Of a stretch of 64,000 bases of DNA, positions 24,656 through 38,253 are shown in pieces. Under the pieces are notes generated by a model that was given only the letters and a program-made list of their open reading frames with translations, was not told the DNA's origin and did no database searches. Source of the stretch: Entomortierella parvispora E1425 (Eukaryota > Fungi > Mortierellomycota); assembly GCA_020891255.1 (NCBI GenBank), contig BQFW01000009.1:124001-188000 (forward strand), given 5' to 3'. The position numbers and the translations under genes are program-made. The number at the start of each line of letters is the position of its first letter. Positions within the stretch are counted from its first letter, which is position 1.

Positions 24656-27089
24656 TTACAAAGTCTTGCGAAGAATCTTGCATGCCTCGCGTTGACCAGT
24701 CATTAGAGCACCGTGGACACTAGCAAAGGATGTTGGTGTGGTGTGCTCGCCCGCAAAGTGTATCCGCCCTTCTGCCGGATCGTCGACTGCAACCATTCGC
24801 ATCACATTCTCAGGCTCGGTCATTTGAACGGGTCCCGCCCCTATCTTCTTGTCCTCACCACCGCTCAAATGACTGTTGAGCAATTGGTAGAGTCGACGCA
24901 ATACATCCTCCTGCGATCCCGTCAAGTCGTCATAGGCTAAAGAGGCCGTAATGGTAGTTGCATTGGAGTCGCCCAACATCGGGGCCGAGGCCAAAGTTGT
25001 GAACCCATCGTCATGAGTGGCTAGTGCCTGCACCTGAGCATGCGCTCTTTCACCAATCCAGATGTCCTCGTGCGAATGAAGGGACAACGGGTACTGAATT
25101 CCCTTTCCCTCAAAAACGTGGAATGAGTTTTCCCTCGAGCGAATAGGGCCATGGGAGCGACCACCCCCAATATGGTCCACCTGGATTTCCCCAGGAATAT
25201 GGTGACTCGACTCGACTTGTCGTCTCAACGGAGGCGACAAAGGCCCGGGTTTCCGGTACTGTTTCCGGTAGAGCGTTGCAGCCTTTGAGCCGGTCGTCAT
25301 CCTGTCATTTTTCATCTTGGGCGGGACAATGGCTGAACGAGCGCCTACGGGTATTTCAAACTCTGCAAGGTCAGACTGGTGAGCACCAATAGGGATGCTG
25401 GTATAAGAGCCTCGAGCGTATGGATCCGAATTCCATCGAGTCATGAAGACGCTGGTAGGTCGATTAACCTCCGGGTTGGTGACCAGCACATCAAAATAAT
25501 GGGAGAGCTGGCACAAGAGGACCTGCATCGCTTCCTGGTCAGTCAACTTGCCAAAAGCCTCTGCGGACTCGTTGGTGGCGTAGGCGATCAGGACTGGCGA
25601 TCCATGGATAGGCATCAGTGAAGTGTAATTGGCGAGGTCGTTCATATAAGTTGTCAGCGCCTCCATCTGTTTCTTGTTCAGGTGGCGCGACAACTTGGGA
25701 TTGGGTATACTCGAGGGTATGGGTAAGAAATTGATGAAGTGCTTCGTCTCGGGCCAGAAGCATTGAGGGAAGGAGAGCACAACCTTGACCATAGTACCGA
25801 AACCTAGGCGTTCGATGGCCTGTCTCTTTCGCTGGGGAAGAGGGGGGGAGAAGGTGACAGCATTGGACTTGAGAACACCCAAAGGAAGCGTGACGATGAC
25901 ATGGTCGGCGACAAAAACTCCCTTGTTGGTTGAAATCCTAACAGTGGACTCTGTGAATGTCATCAGACCACAAGAGTCAATGGCAATTCAAGGAGCGGCA
26001 AAAGAGAGAAAAGAGAAGGGTCTAGAAACGGTTAAAAGCAATGCTTCTAACAGTCAGTTCTGGAAGATTGGTGATGTGGATGCACCTCTCGTGCTATCCA
26101 CACGCAAACAACCCTTGTTCACACACTCACCATCATATTCGATCCTGTCGACGACATGTTCTAGGCGAATATCCACATCCTTGCCCATGTCCTTGCAAAG
26201 TGTATCCAGAATCCTGTCGTATCCATTAGCCATGATGCAATGGTCGCCAGGAGGCAGAATCTCGGCGTCCATGTACTTGAGCGACACCTTGTTCAAAGGG
26301 ATCGCATTCTCATCCGCCCAAAACTGAGCCAACAAGGGAACAATCTTGAGTTCCCTTGCTGACATAAAGTTGGGTTTCCGAGGATCCCTAGATTGGCGCG
26401 TCTTCAAATAGTGGTTCAGCCAGTCCCTGAAAGAAGTCTGAGCCGAGATTTCGCTCTTGTTTGCACGCGAATGATCCTGCGCCTGTCCAAAGATCTCCCA
26501 GAGGACGGCCCAATAATGATTGGACTCGTCCTCACTCAAGGGCTGCTGACCTGGGCGATAAAAGATGACATCCGTGTTGGTCGGAACAAGCGCAGCCTCG
26601 CTAGCCTGGGCCAGAGGCATGACCGGGTTGGTCGGGTCGATACCGTGAATCCAGGAGGCTCCGAAATCGAGGGGGATCTCCTGACCTTGTGGTCCACTCA
26701 GGAGGTGGTGGCGGGTATCCAGTCTTCCGCCCAGACGATTCCTAGCCTCGAGAACGGTGACCTGCACCGAGGAGGAATGTTTTGATAGCTCGTGGGCTAG
26801 CATAAGAAAGACAGAAGAAAACAACACACAAGCAACCAAGCATACCAACACAAGCACAGGCAGTTTGCAATGCCACCATTGTGTTTTTTTTTTTTTTTTT
26901 TTTTGGTCCAAAATGGTGCAGAAGCAAAAAGGGCAAGATGAGGTGTACAGGGCGTACATGTACGGGAAGGGTGAATGGGAGGAAAGGAAGAGTGGTCGAC
27001 AATACGACCAAATGTAACTATTACATACCTGCGGCGAGTCCAGAGATACCGGCACCGATGACAACGACGTGCGACTTTGACTGGCTCAT
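24656..27089 (-). CDS. Flavin-containing amine oxidase (polyamine oxidase/Fms1/LSD1-like family), 3 exons
   Basis: 'VVVIGAGISGLAA', 'VLEARNRLGGR', 'LDFGASWIHG', 'VIVTLPLGVLK', 'TRWNSDPYARGSY', 'IHFAGEHT..SVHGALMTGQREA'. Introns 27028-26797 and 26130-25951. Confidence 0.9.
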
Positions 27090-28383
27090 AGTGTGAAGGG
27101 CGAAGGGCTGTTGGGAGTGAGGGGAGACTTTGGCTTTGGCTTGTGTGACCTTGCGAGGGTGGAAAATGAAGTACGAGAAAAGAGGCTGTGGGGGACAGAG
27201 GAGTCGCAGTTGAATGTCAAAGTTGAATGGGAATGGGAATGGCAATGGCAATGAGGAGAGTGAATGAGTGGGTGTTGTTGTTGCTGCTGTTCTTGAGGCA
27301 GAGAAGAGAAGGTGGGTGGCAGAGGGAAAGAGAGAGAAAGCGAGGAAGAAGAAAAGCGGAGGGTATTAATAGGCAAAAAGAAGCATAGGCGTCTGGTTGC
27401 ATGGGAGTTGGGCGCACTTTTGGGTCTTCGGTTCTCATGCCAAGCAGCAAAAGAAACCTGTCGACTTGCTCTCGCTTCCGGACTCCCTCTGGACTCGATC
27501 ATTTGCCATCCGCCAAAAGATCACTTTCTCTCCTGCGCGTGCACCGGGACCTCCTCTCCTGGTGCGGCAGCTCCTCCTGCCTGCGCTGTCTCTGTCATCC
27601 GATCTGGTCACGGATCGGGAACAGACAGTCTGATGCTCCGTTTCCATGATTCTGCGCCTTGAGCAGTGACGATGATGACGGCAGAGACGACGAGGTTGAT
27701 AGTAAAAGGTGATTCAGGAACAAGACTCCTCTTCCTCAACCGCAATGAGGCATTTGGCGAGAGACGAGCGTCGTACATGCCTGAAAAAAGACGCATTTCC
27801 AGCATGGAGGCCAAGTTCTTGAAGATAATCCCTCAAGGATGAGACAGTCAACCCTCACCCCTCAACCCCATCGAAAAAACAGGAACGAAGCGCGCATTCT
27901 TGGCCTCTTTGGTGGTAGCCTGTGTCTGCTCTTCTCTGCTCTTCTCTGCTCTTGGTTGGCTGCACCTGTCAATCACCCGGTCTCCCCCTCTCGGGATTGG
28001 AGCGAATTCACCCTCACGCGCCTTTTTCCATTTTCTGATTTTCGCTTTCTTTTTGTTCTTTTGTGGCCCTGCTGCGGCGAATGGAAGGAACAGGTCTCCA
28101 GGGGGTTGGGGGGTGCCCATGTGCTCCGCGCTCGACGGCAAGTGGACCGCCCCTGCAAATTCGATGACCCCACTCCCGTCCACCCCCCGCTCTGCGCTTG
28201 TGTGGTTGCACCCCTCCTGCTACCCAACTGTGGATGGCAGTTCAGACCCCTTGCATGCAATGCAGCACCTGCAAACGCGGATGGAGAGCCTTTTTTTCAG
28301 GACACGATATCACTTCCAGGACATCCCCCATAGTGGGACACCATTTTGCTGTCTGCCGAGTTTTATGAATAGTCTCTCTTTAT

Positions 28384-30655
28384 CTATAACTTGAGCATTT
28401 CTTTCGTCCGCTCACGCATCACGTTCTTCTGGATCTTGCCCGATGGCGTCGTTGGGAACTCGGAGGACTGGACGACCACAAGGTACTTGGGCACCTTGTA
28501 ATGAGCCAACTTGCCTTTGCAAAACTTTTGGACGTCCTCCAGCGTCACTGTCTGATCCTTCTTGGTCGAGACCCAGGCACAGACTTGCTCACCAAAGCGC
28601 TCATCGGGAACTCCAATCACAGACACGTTTTGAATCGCGTCCAGCTCAAAGAGACAGTTCTCTACCTCGACAGGATGAATCTTTTCACCTCCTCGGATCA
28701 CTATTATTAGTAGAGAAAGGGAAAGGAGTCAGACTATGGGATGGTCGCAGCATGTAGAAGATATCTTTTCAGAAGCAGCAAGTCGTGTGCTTACCGATAT
28801 CCTTGATGCGCCCATCAATTCTGCAGAATCCACGATCGTCAAACACTGCAGTGTCGCCAGTATGCATCCAATTCTCGGAATCCACAACTTCGTCCGTTTG
28901 CTTCTTCGACTTCCAATAGCCGCCCTCCATGACCGCATAGCCACGTGTGCACAACTCTCCCGAAGTTCCGATGGGCAAGATGTCTCCTGTAACAGGATCA
29001 ACAACCTTGGCCTCCATATGCGGCAAGACTCTTCCCACCGAAGCACAGCGATCCTCCAAAGAGTCGGTTGTAAGGGTCATGAATGAAACGGGCGAAGTCT
29101 CTGTCATACCATAGCAGATAGTCAGCTCATTGAGATGCATCTTGGACTGGACATTCTTCATCACCTCCACAGGAACAGGCGATCCAGCGGCGATGCCCGT
29201 TCGCAAAGTTGAGAGGTCGTACTGTTTAAAGTTGGGATGGTTCATCTCTTCCAAAAGCATCGTTGGAACTCCATGCAAAGCTGTCGCGCCCTCTTCTGAA
29301 ACAGCCTTCAAGGTTGCCTCGGCGTCAAATCCCTGAGAAGGATAGATGATGGCTGTGCCGTGGGTCATTGATGCCAAACTTGCCAGAACCAGTCCGAAGC
29401 AGTGGAAAAGTGGCACCGGGCAGCATAGCTTGTCCTTCTCGGTCAGCTTCATAAAATCGCCAATAAAGATGCCATTGTTCAAAATGTTGCGATGTGATAG
29501 CGACACGGCTCTAAGTGAGAACAGGGGACAGAGAGCGGTGAAAGAATTGATCAGTCATTTTGCACTCCACATTTTGGTCTCCCGTTGAACATGCCATGAG
29601 TAAATATATCCTTTCGGGCCATTACTTTGGAAGTCCGGTAGTGCCGCTTGTAAACTGCAAGTTGATGATGTCGCGATTGTTGATGGTGGAGCGCTCCTTG
29701 GACAGAGGTTCGTCGATGCTCGCACTCGGGGACTTGACCAACAAGTCTTGATAGGTCGTCAGTCCCTTCATCATCGAGGTTTCTGGGACATTGGCGCCAT
29801 TGTCGAAGACAATGACCTGACGAAGGGAAGGCAAGGCCTCTGTCGACAAGTTATTGGGTGACTGAGAGGCGAGCTCAGGTAAAAGCTCCAGAAGCATTTG
29901 ACTGTAGTTGGAAGTCTTGAGACCTGGTACCATTACCAAAGACTTGCAATCGACAAGGGAAAGGGTTTGCAGTAACTCATGTTTGCGGTATCTTCAGGTC
30001 AGTACAGATCCAGAAAAAAAAGGAAAAAAAAAAAGGATCAACAATTGAGAGCAGTTACGGTGCATTGTCCGGTTTGTTTTCAGGGGCGCATGCGAGAGTG
30101 CTTACGCTGGATTGAGAGTGACAAGGACAATGCCAGACTTTGCGGTCGCGTATTGAAGGGTTGCCCACGCACTGTTATTGGGCATCCACACGCTATTTCC
30201 ACGGTAAATATGTACATGGAAAAGGTGGTGAGTCTTTGATGGCACGATAGCGGGATCCTCGCACATGTAACTAATGCCAGGACTTACGCGAGGCGATCTC
30301 CCTTTCTCAGGCCAGACTCATAGAGTCCTCGGCACAAGTAGTCGACCTGGTCACCAAACTCACGAAAAGTCCAGTGCAGATCTTGTTCGTGCTTTACGAC
30401 AAGGCCCAGCCGATCACCATAGCGATCTACCTGTCTATCCCAGAATGTGCCGATGGAATCCTCGCTAAGGGGTCGGACATCCTCCGTAGCACCCTTCACG
30501 TAGGAGAGTGGAAGAGCCTGCTCCTGAGCCACAGAGAGGGCGCGTCGCTGGTATTGGAGACCGGCACTGGCCCGGCAGAGGGATGAGGCAGGGGAAAAGG
30601 TAGAGGAAGGGACAGCGAATGGCCTATGGCCAAGAACCCTTGATGCGCGCAACAT
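28384..30655 (-). CDS. Acyl-CoA synthetase, ACSF2/FadD-like (AMP-binding), probable mitochondrial presequence (multi-exon)
   Basis: 'LQFTSGTTGLPK', 'YGMTETSP', 'WMHTGD', 'RIDGRIKD|MIIRGGEKIHPVEVE', 'FPTTPSGKIQK'. Confidence 0.93.
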
Positions 30656-31029
30656 TCGACAAAAATGGAGTGAGTATGAAAAAGAGTGGAGAGAGATGGG
30701 GATGAGGATGAGAATGAGAATGAGACAGAGAGAAAGAGAGAAAGAGAGAAAGAACGTCTGCACCTCGGCTCAACGTTTGTCAATTGCCCGTGCAGCGATC
30801 TTGCCCAATCCCCCACAGGCAAGGGTCAGGTGGAGTGTGGGAAATAACGTGTTTTCGTTTTTCTGTTCTTTTTTTTCGGTCCTTTGCTTCCCGTCTGCCT
30901 CCTCTCTGCTTTCACAAGTTCAGAGGAATTCCGCGGCAGACTGGATGTTGTTCGTTATCTTTCTGGCAAAAATACAGATTTATGAACTTGACTATGTGTA
31001 CACAGATGCGGCCTTGTCATGATATTGTT

Positions 31030-32590
31030 CTACTTTCTTGGGCGTCCACGTCCAGCCGCCTTGGTGGCTGGCTTCTTTCCTTTGGCACCTGCAGCTGCCT
31101 CGTCTGCCTTGCGCTTTGCACCTGCGCTTGGTGTTGTGGAAGGCTTTACGGTAAAGAAACTATCCAGACGCCCCTGAGTTGCAGTCTTCAGGTTCTTCTC
31201 CAATCTTTCGCATCCTTTCCGGACACGCTCCTCGCTGAATCCCTTGTCCCGAACCAAGAACTCTACCAGACCTTCCACATCAGGAGCCTCCCACTTGATC
31301 TACAGAGGAAAACCAAAGTTAAAATCGGCGATCGTCAGGAAGTTATTCGTCCATACGATTCCAGGGGGGAGGGGGTTACCTCAATTGTGGTAGGGTCCGT
31401 AACAAGAGGGTTCAAAAACAGCTCACGAGCCTCTTTGTAGGGCCAGTGTTCTGGAATAGGGTATCGTTTAGTATCCAGATTCTCCAGGATGGTTTCAATA
31501 TTTTTGTGCTCTCTGATCATTGCAATAGCGCGGGTTGGCCCAATGTTCTTGATAGAGTCACAGTAGTCGCATCCAAGAAGAATACAGAGGTCGATAAACT
31601 ACTCGTGCAATAAGATCGGTGTAGTGGTTGGTATCAAACATCATATCACTACCACTCCTTGACTATCAGTTGTGAACACTTACCTCTGCCATTGAGAATC
31701 CAAGGCCGGTCAAACTCTTTTGGAGAGAAATTTCGCTGATGGGCATCTTTTTGGCTTCACTGAAGGTCAAATGACGGAGCAGGATAGGCGATCCAAATGT
31801 GAGAGTATCCATGTCCTCTGATCCAGCAGCATAGACCTTTCCAGCCTTGGCAAGAGCAGCACACTGGGCCTCAGCCTCGCAAGGCGCCTAAGAAAAAAAG
31901 GTAAAAGCAGGGTCAGCCAAGGGAAATAAATGAAGGCTGGACGAACATAATTTCCAAAAAGAACCCGGTATACCTCGACATATGGAATACCGAGAAGCTT
32001 CAACAGTTTCTTGCACTCTGCATTGTGCTCAGGAGTAACCTTGACCAAGCGTCTGTTGAATTTGTCAATGGCTTCCTGGTCGCCAATTTCCTCTGCCTCT
32101 TCTTTGCTCGCGTTAGCTTCCTTGCGCTTCTGCGTTCGCTTGGCAAGCTAGGGTTGGATTTGATATATGTGTTAGGCATGAAAGTCCGTTCGGTATAGTT
32201 GCTACATATTTACTTTCTTACCTCTCCAGATTTCAGCGTAGGTGGTTTTCCATCAAACACGTAGACGGGCTTAATGCCATTATCGACCATGCGCAGTGTA
32301 CGGTAAAACATTCCCATCAAATGACTAATATTCCGAAAAACGCAAAGTTAAGAATATGATACTGATCAAGCCGCAGCAGTTTTTGTTCCTTCTCGCTTGT
32401 ACCTTGTGGTCTCTCCATTCTCATTCTGCAACAGTTGTCCATCCTGCTGTCTGACTGCAATCATGAACTGGTAGATGGACATGGAGGCATCGATGGCGAC
32501 CTTGCGGCCAAAGTAGTTTTTGATGTCGTCTTCCTTGATGGCTTCCTTGGCGTTATCGCCAATGACCTTGGACAGTCCGTGAATTCCCAT
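31030..32590 (-). CDS. FEN1: Flap endonuclease 1 (multi-exon)
   Basis: '[29 protein letters not shown]', '[10 protein letters not shown]', 'VFDGKPP', '[10 protein letters not shown]', PIP box 'QGRLDSFF'. Confidence 0.97.
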
Positions 32591-32987
32591 GGTAACAGAT
32601 TCTTGAGGTTGGAGGTTGGGGCGAAGAGATTTCCTTTGTTTGACGAGAGCAAGCTGTTCCTTTGAAAGAGAACTGGCGCAAACAACAAACTCGCGTTTTG
32701 GTGGCAACGCTGTCCCTCGATGAAGGAGCCAGTCACGAAGCACGTGCGGTGGCTTGTGTTCGGAGCAAACGACAGACACACAGAGGCCCCTTAATCGTGT
32801 GTGTGCCTGTGTCCCTCCCTTCCGGCGGTCGTGTCCGAACTGTGCGGAGACCGACAGGCCGCCAGAACAGAGATTGATCACGGCCGGAATTTGATTGATT
32901 ATTATTGCCCATCGCATCATCACCGCATTCGATTCTCCTCTTCTTCTCTTCTCCCCACTCTCTCCCCCCTCCATCACCCACATCACA
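32591..32987. promoter_or_regulatory. Short divergent intergenic region between FEN1 and QCR7 (likely bidirectional promoter)
   Basis: Head-to-head start codons only ~400 bp apart, with a pyrimidine-rich leader before the QCR7 ATG. Confidence 0.5.
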
Positions 32988-33833
32988 ATGTCCGGCATCA
33001 CTCTTGTCAACCAAGTCAAGGCCTCGAAGTTCCTCTCCGGCTTCCTCCAGCCCGTTGCTAACGCCTTCGTCAACGCCTCTGGCTACCGCAAGCTCGGTGC
33101 GTGTCTTTCCCATGCCTCTTTCTCCTCTCGGATCAAACTTCAACTTTTCAGGAATAGGAGGCGAGCAAATGGACCCTCTCCGTTGTCATGGGTTCATTGT
33201 TCATGACCTTCAACTCTCCAACTCTTCAACTCTACTTGTCGACTATCCCCCAGATTCTTTTCTTTTTTTCTCTGTCACTCAATCCATCTCAGATCGATCT
33301 TGGCTGCCAGTTAATTTTAACACGTTGCTGCAGACCGCAACAGATCATTGAAAGACATCGGGAACAACCGCGCCAACTGCTGTTGCAATCAAATCAAGGA
33401 TTAGCATTCTTGCGACATCATTGAAGGCTGCAATCTCATTCGCCGAGCTGTTTATATTCGACAATCAATCTTTCCGACCAACAAAACGCGACATCTTTGC
33501 CCAATCCTTCTCTCCGTCCTCCAGTTCAAACGTCCTAACCCTTCTCTATCCTTCCTTTTTACCGACTTAGGTTTGCGTTACGATGATGTTCTCCGTGAGG
33601 AGACCGACATCATCCGTGAGGCTGTCAACCGTCTTCCCGAGAACGAGGGATATGAGCGCATGTTCCGCATGAAGACCGCTTTCCAGTACTCTCTGTCCCA
33701 CACCATTGCCGACAAGGAGAAGACTCTCAAGCCTGAGGATGATATCAGATACCTGACTCCCATCATTGATGAGGTCGCTGCCGAGTTTGCCGAGAAGGAG
33801 GACTTCAACAACATCAAGTCCTACACCAAGTAA
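32988..33833 (+). CDS. QCR7: Cytochrome b-c1 complex subunit 7 (2 exons; intron 33097-33570)
   Basis: '[16 protein letters not shown]|[37 protein letters not shown]' matches the UCR 14-kDa family. Confidence 0.95.
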
Positions 33834-34239
33834 ACTATTTACGACAACAGGATTTCAGTACTCGACTTTCTTTCAGTGTCCCACACAGGCAATGGAAGGA
33901 TTTCAAAAACAATGGAGGTGAATCTCGAAGCGATGTCGCGATACAATTAGAAAGGGGGATGACCCCAACCATGAAAAAACAGCTACGGGTCGACCGTTAC
34001 AGTAATAAACCCATTTGATCCACAACAATACTCAGGTAGCAGAGCAGATGAAGGATATTGGAGCATGCCCTGGTAAGAAAAGGCGCAGCAATTGCAAAAG
34101 GACGTGACTAGATGACGGCACCTGTCCAGGGTTGCAAGGCTGCGAGTCGTTTTCCGAGATCTGGATTTTTATTTTTTTGGCCTCATCAAGCACTTCCGAT
34201 TCTTTCACTTTTTCCGAAAGGCCATTACATCGACTAGAA

Positions 34240-35177
34240 ATGGATTCGTTCCGCATTACCTCCAAGAAAGTTTTGACGCTTGTCTGTGTCGTGGACAAGC
34301 AGAATCAAAAGGTAGTCAGCATTTACATTGCCTGGACATTTGAAAAAGATGATCAATTGATCCATCAGCAAACTGACTTCCCCTGAAAATACTGTAAACA
34401 GATCCTTCTAGGTTACAAGAAGCGAGGATTTGGAGCTCACTTGTGGAATGGGTAAGATAAAATGACCTACGGAATGTTTCTTGTGGGTATACATACCGAG
34501 GCAGAGGCATTGACCCAGTCTGACTTTTTGACAGATTCGGTGGTAAAGTCGAACCTGGCGAGACCCCAAAGCAAGGTGCTCACCGAGAACTGGAGGAGGA
34601 GGCTGGTATCACTGTCCCGGAAGAGAAGCTGAGGAAGGCCGGTCTATTGCTCTTTGTATTCGAGGACGATCCCGTTGGGCTTGAGACCCATGTCTACACT
34701 GCGAATGAGTACGAGGGCGAGATCACAGAGTAAGCTGTCCGCTTGTCTTAGTTGCTTCATGCTCCGTTCCCCAGATATGAATCTAATGCGATCGTTCTCT
34801 TGCAACCCCCAAGGTGCGATGAGATGCGCCCTCAGTGGTTCGACTTTGCTGACATCCCCTTTGATCAGATGTGGGAGGACGATCAATTCTGGCTCCCGAT
34901 GCTCTTGAAGGGCCAGGAGCCATTCTTTGGCAAGGTCTTCCTTAAGCGCAAGCCCGCCGCTGATGATGAAGCTGAGAAGGTTTCGGACCCCGTCACTGTC
35001 GCTGCCGTGGAGGCCGCTGTGTCCACAAACCACTCAACGACCATGACCCAGACTGTCTTCACGAACACACAGCCCAAGAGTGGACCGTTTGCCATATTCA
35101 AGCACGACTTTGAGTACAGTCTCAAGGCGGTGCCACGGGAGGTTGGACTTGACGGCGAAATTGCGTCCTTTGACTGA
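34240..35177 (+). CDS. Nudix hydrolase, NUDT1/MTH1-like oxidised purine nucleotide triphosphatase (multi-exon)
   Basis: 'ILLGYKKRGFGAHLWNG|FGGKVEPGETPKQGAHRELEEEAGI' Nudix box; 'EMRPQWF..IPFDQMWEDD..W'. Confidence 0.9.
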
Positions 35178-35531
35178 GCACGGGGCACCTGTTACCGACT
35201 CTGGCTGCCAAAATAAAAAAGGTCCCATTCCCATTCTTACTCTATTTTCTTCTCTTTCCACCGCCTTGTCATTGTCATCGGTATCCCCATTTCGCCATTT
35301 CTGCATCTGCTTCCGTGCATTCCATTCTCTAGACCTTGCATCCTACCCTGCAGTCTCGCCTCTGTGTCACCATTCACCTACACTTCCTTGCCCACAGGCC
35401 TGTTGTATAGTCGCTGCATAGCAAGGAACGTGCTTCCCCCCCCTTTTTTCTGAACAGCTTCGCCCGACCCACTTCCGATCATATCGTCCGTCATCAAGCG
35501 AGCCTCTGGTTCATTCGCAGGATTGAGAGGC

Positions 35532-37729
35532 ATGAATAGCTCGTACTCAAACATCCGCGAGGAAAGTCTCCCGCAGGACGATCGCACCGATCTTGCCCCA
35601 GATGGGCAGGTCCCAACCTTTTACGAACGTCTTGAAAATGGAACAGAAGATACAGATGGCAACTATTATCCTATCCGCGGTTCCAACATGATCTCATTTA
35701 GTCCAGATCCTAGTGGGTCTGTTGCTCCTGACCAAATTCGCGGAAAGCCCTTCCCCACACCAGCCTCCCCAACTATTTCCGAGATGGGACGGGCCAAAGC
35801 CATGCCAGATAGCTTGGGTCGATTCAGGAAAGCCGCCAAAAAGACAATGACAGCACGGCGGTTTTCCGGTGAGTTTAACTCATGTTGGCCTTTTCTGGGT
35901 CTGTTTTGTGCTTGCAGCCTCTAACTCGAACCCTCTTGTTCCCTGACACGAACAGCGTACGCTCTGCGAGGCCAAGGAGTGGATGCCACAGACATGGACA
36001 GCGTCTTAAGCTGCATCGAGGTAGGCACTTGGTACATGAGCTCGCTGTCATGATGACATGTGAAAAATAATCTTAATAGACATTCTATAGACTACCGTGG
36101 ATGTTACAGTCGTGGACATGAACCAGAGTCGGTGTAGTAAACGACAGGGCATGGACAATGGTGAATTCCTGACCTGGCTTCAGACACCGGTATGATAATG
36201 CTCCGAGAACGCGTTTTAGAAAGAATGCTGTTGGAAATGAGCTAACAACATCAGCGTCCTTTTCGGAAATAGCGTCCTGAATGGTCGAAAGTACGATGGA
36301 TCAACATCAATGGCATGAGCTGGGATGTGATCAAGGCCATTGCGATTAAATACGGTATGCACAAGTCTCCTATAAACGAATACTGGAGGCTTCACCATTT
36401 CTGACGCTATCTGTGATGCTCCCGCATAGACCTTCATAACTTAGCAGTCGAGGACCTGCTACATATTCCTCAGCGCACCAAAGTCGATATATATCCGAAC
36501 CAATGTTATGTGGCGTGCAACCTTCTCACACTTGCGGAAACACTGGAGAACGGGGAGATGCGGCAGGTCGATCCACTAAAAAACCCCCATGGAATTGAGC
36601 CGGCGATTATCAACCAACGCCTGTCACTCGAGAAACTGGACCATTACAAGTACCAGTACCCTTTGAGCGAGTCTATGGACAGGCTAAAAGTGTTGATGGA
36701 ACAGGTCACCATGTTTCTCTTACCGGACGGCACTCTCATTACTCTGTTCCAGGTCTCAGGGAAGTCAGTAGTAGAACCTATCCTGGAGAGACTCTCAAAG
36801 GACTACTCTCTTTCCAGGAAACACAACGACGCCAGCTTTTTACTCCAGTCAGTCATAGATGGGATTGTGGACCATGCAATCCCGATTACAGATGCGTACC
36901 GACAAACTTTGAACGAGCTTGAGGTACACGTTGTTGCTCTGCCCAAGATGAAGTTTACAAGGCAGCTGCATACGATGACAGCGCAATTGTCTCTGCTCAA
37001 GAGAACGTTAACACCGACTCAGGCCTTAGTCCATGCACTGAGAGGGAATGACGAACGCAGCCCGCTCTCAAGTCTCTCACGGACGTATATGGGCGATGTT
37101 ATGGACCATTGCAACACTATGGTGGAGGATATTGATTCGATGCTTGCGCTTTGCGAGAAGCTGATCAACATGGTACGCTAAGACTCAGAACTCATGACAT
37201 GCACATCATCCTGTCATTTTATGGAGGCTAACATCCCAATGTTCTTGACCGAGTAGATCTTCAATCTCATTGCCTACGATACTAACGAGTCCATGAGACG
37301 ACTTGCGCTGGTTTCCATTATCTTTCTCCCAATCACTTTTATTGCAGGAGGTAAGAAAAGTCATTGGAAATATAATGTGACCCTTTCTCACACAAATTGT
37401 TGACCAAGAGGTTGCATTCGAAAATAGTTTACGGAACGAACTTTACAAATTTCCCAGAGCTCAGTCACAGCATTGCTTACTTTTGGCTGATTTGCGCGAT
37501 CGTCACTGTCATAGTGGTGAGTATCAAAGGTTTTTGATATTGATATTGTGTCCTCTGCTGACTAAGGTTCTTTTTCAAAAATTAGCTTCTCATGTTCGGG
37601 GCGGAATACCTCAACACGCAACACAAGGCGCACAAGAAGGAAATGGAACTCAAGCATCGGGATGGCGACTCGGCCTTTGATAATCGTCGGCTAAGCGACC
37701 GCGGTTGGAACCGCTACAAGTGTTGGTAG
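35532..37729 (+). CDS. CorA-family divalent cation (Mg2+) transporter (multi-exon)
   Basis: 'DGTLITLFQ', 'DASFLLQSVIDGIVD', 'YMGDVMDH', 'NESMRRLALVSIIFLPITFIAG|VYGTNF' followed by a second TM helix. Confidence 0.9.
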
Positions 37730-38253
37730 TTAGAGCGACGTTCAAACCAATTCTATAAATACCGTGTCATCAGACTTCTTCCATGTGGTTTTTTCTCTTC
37801 GGTACTTGTGCACAATCAACAATGAAAACCGGGCGAAGAACAACAATCTGGGCTGGGTTGGGCTTTCCTGGAAAAGCACGCTGTATCACCTAATCCTCGT
37901 TTCTTCTCTGATGCCAAAGCGCTCTTGGGGCTCTGTCAATTTAGCTTGTGGCACATTACATTCACCATATGCAATTTTGACTTCTTCGCCCCAATAGCTT
38001 TGCCTTTTGGCATTTTCGACTACTTTGCCCTCTTCTTTCATACTTAAGCTTGGCCAAGGTTTTCATTTCCCCAATTTCACTCCGTATCCCTCTCATCTCC
38101 CCACACTAGTCCCACTTCGGTCGGCATTACACCTTTCCTCTATTTCATCTTACCCCGTCATCTCTTGATAATCTACGGTCCAGCGTCGGTAGACACCTTT
38201 TCAGATTGCCCGTGTAGCTTACACAAACACTACCTCAGACAATCCTTCCCACG

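Noticed and set aside
27435-27814. Small minus-strand ORFs upstream of the amine oxidase
   Set aside because: Short, in different frames, no recognisable domain or clear splice path.
33097-33570. Long QCR7 intron as a snoRNA host
   Set aside because: No box C/D pair found; long first introns also occur in other highly expressed genes here.
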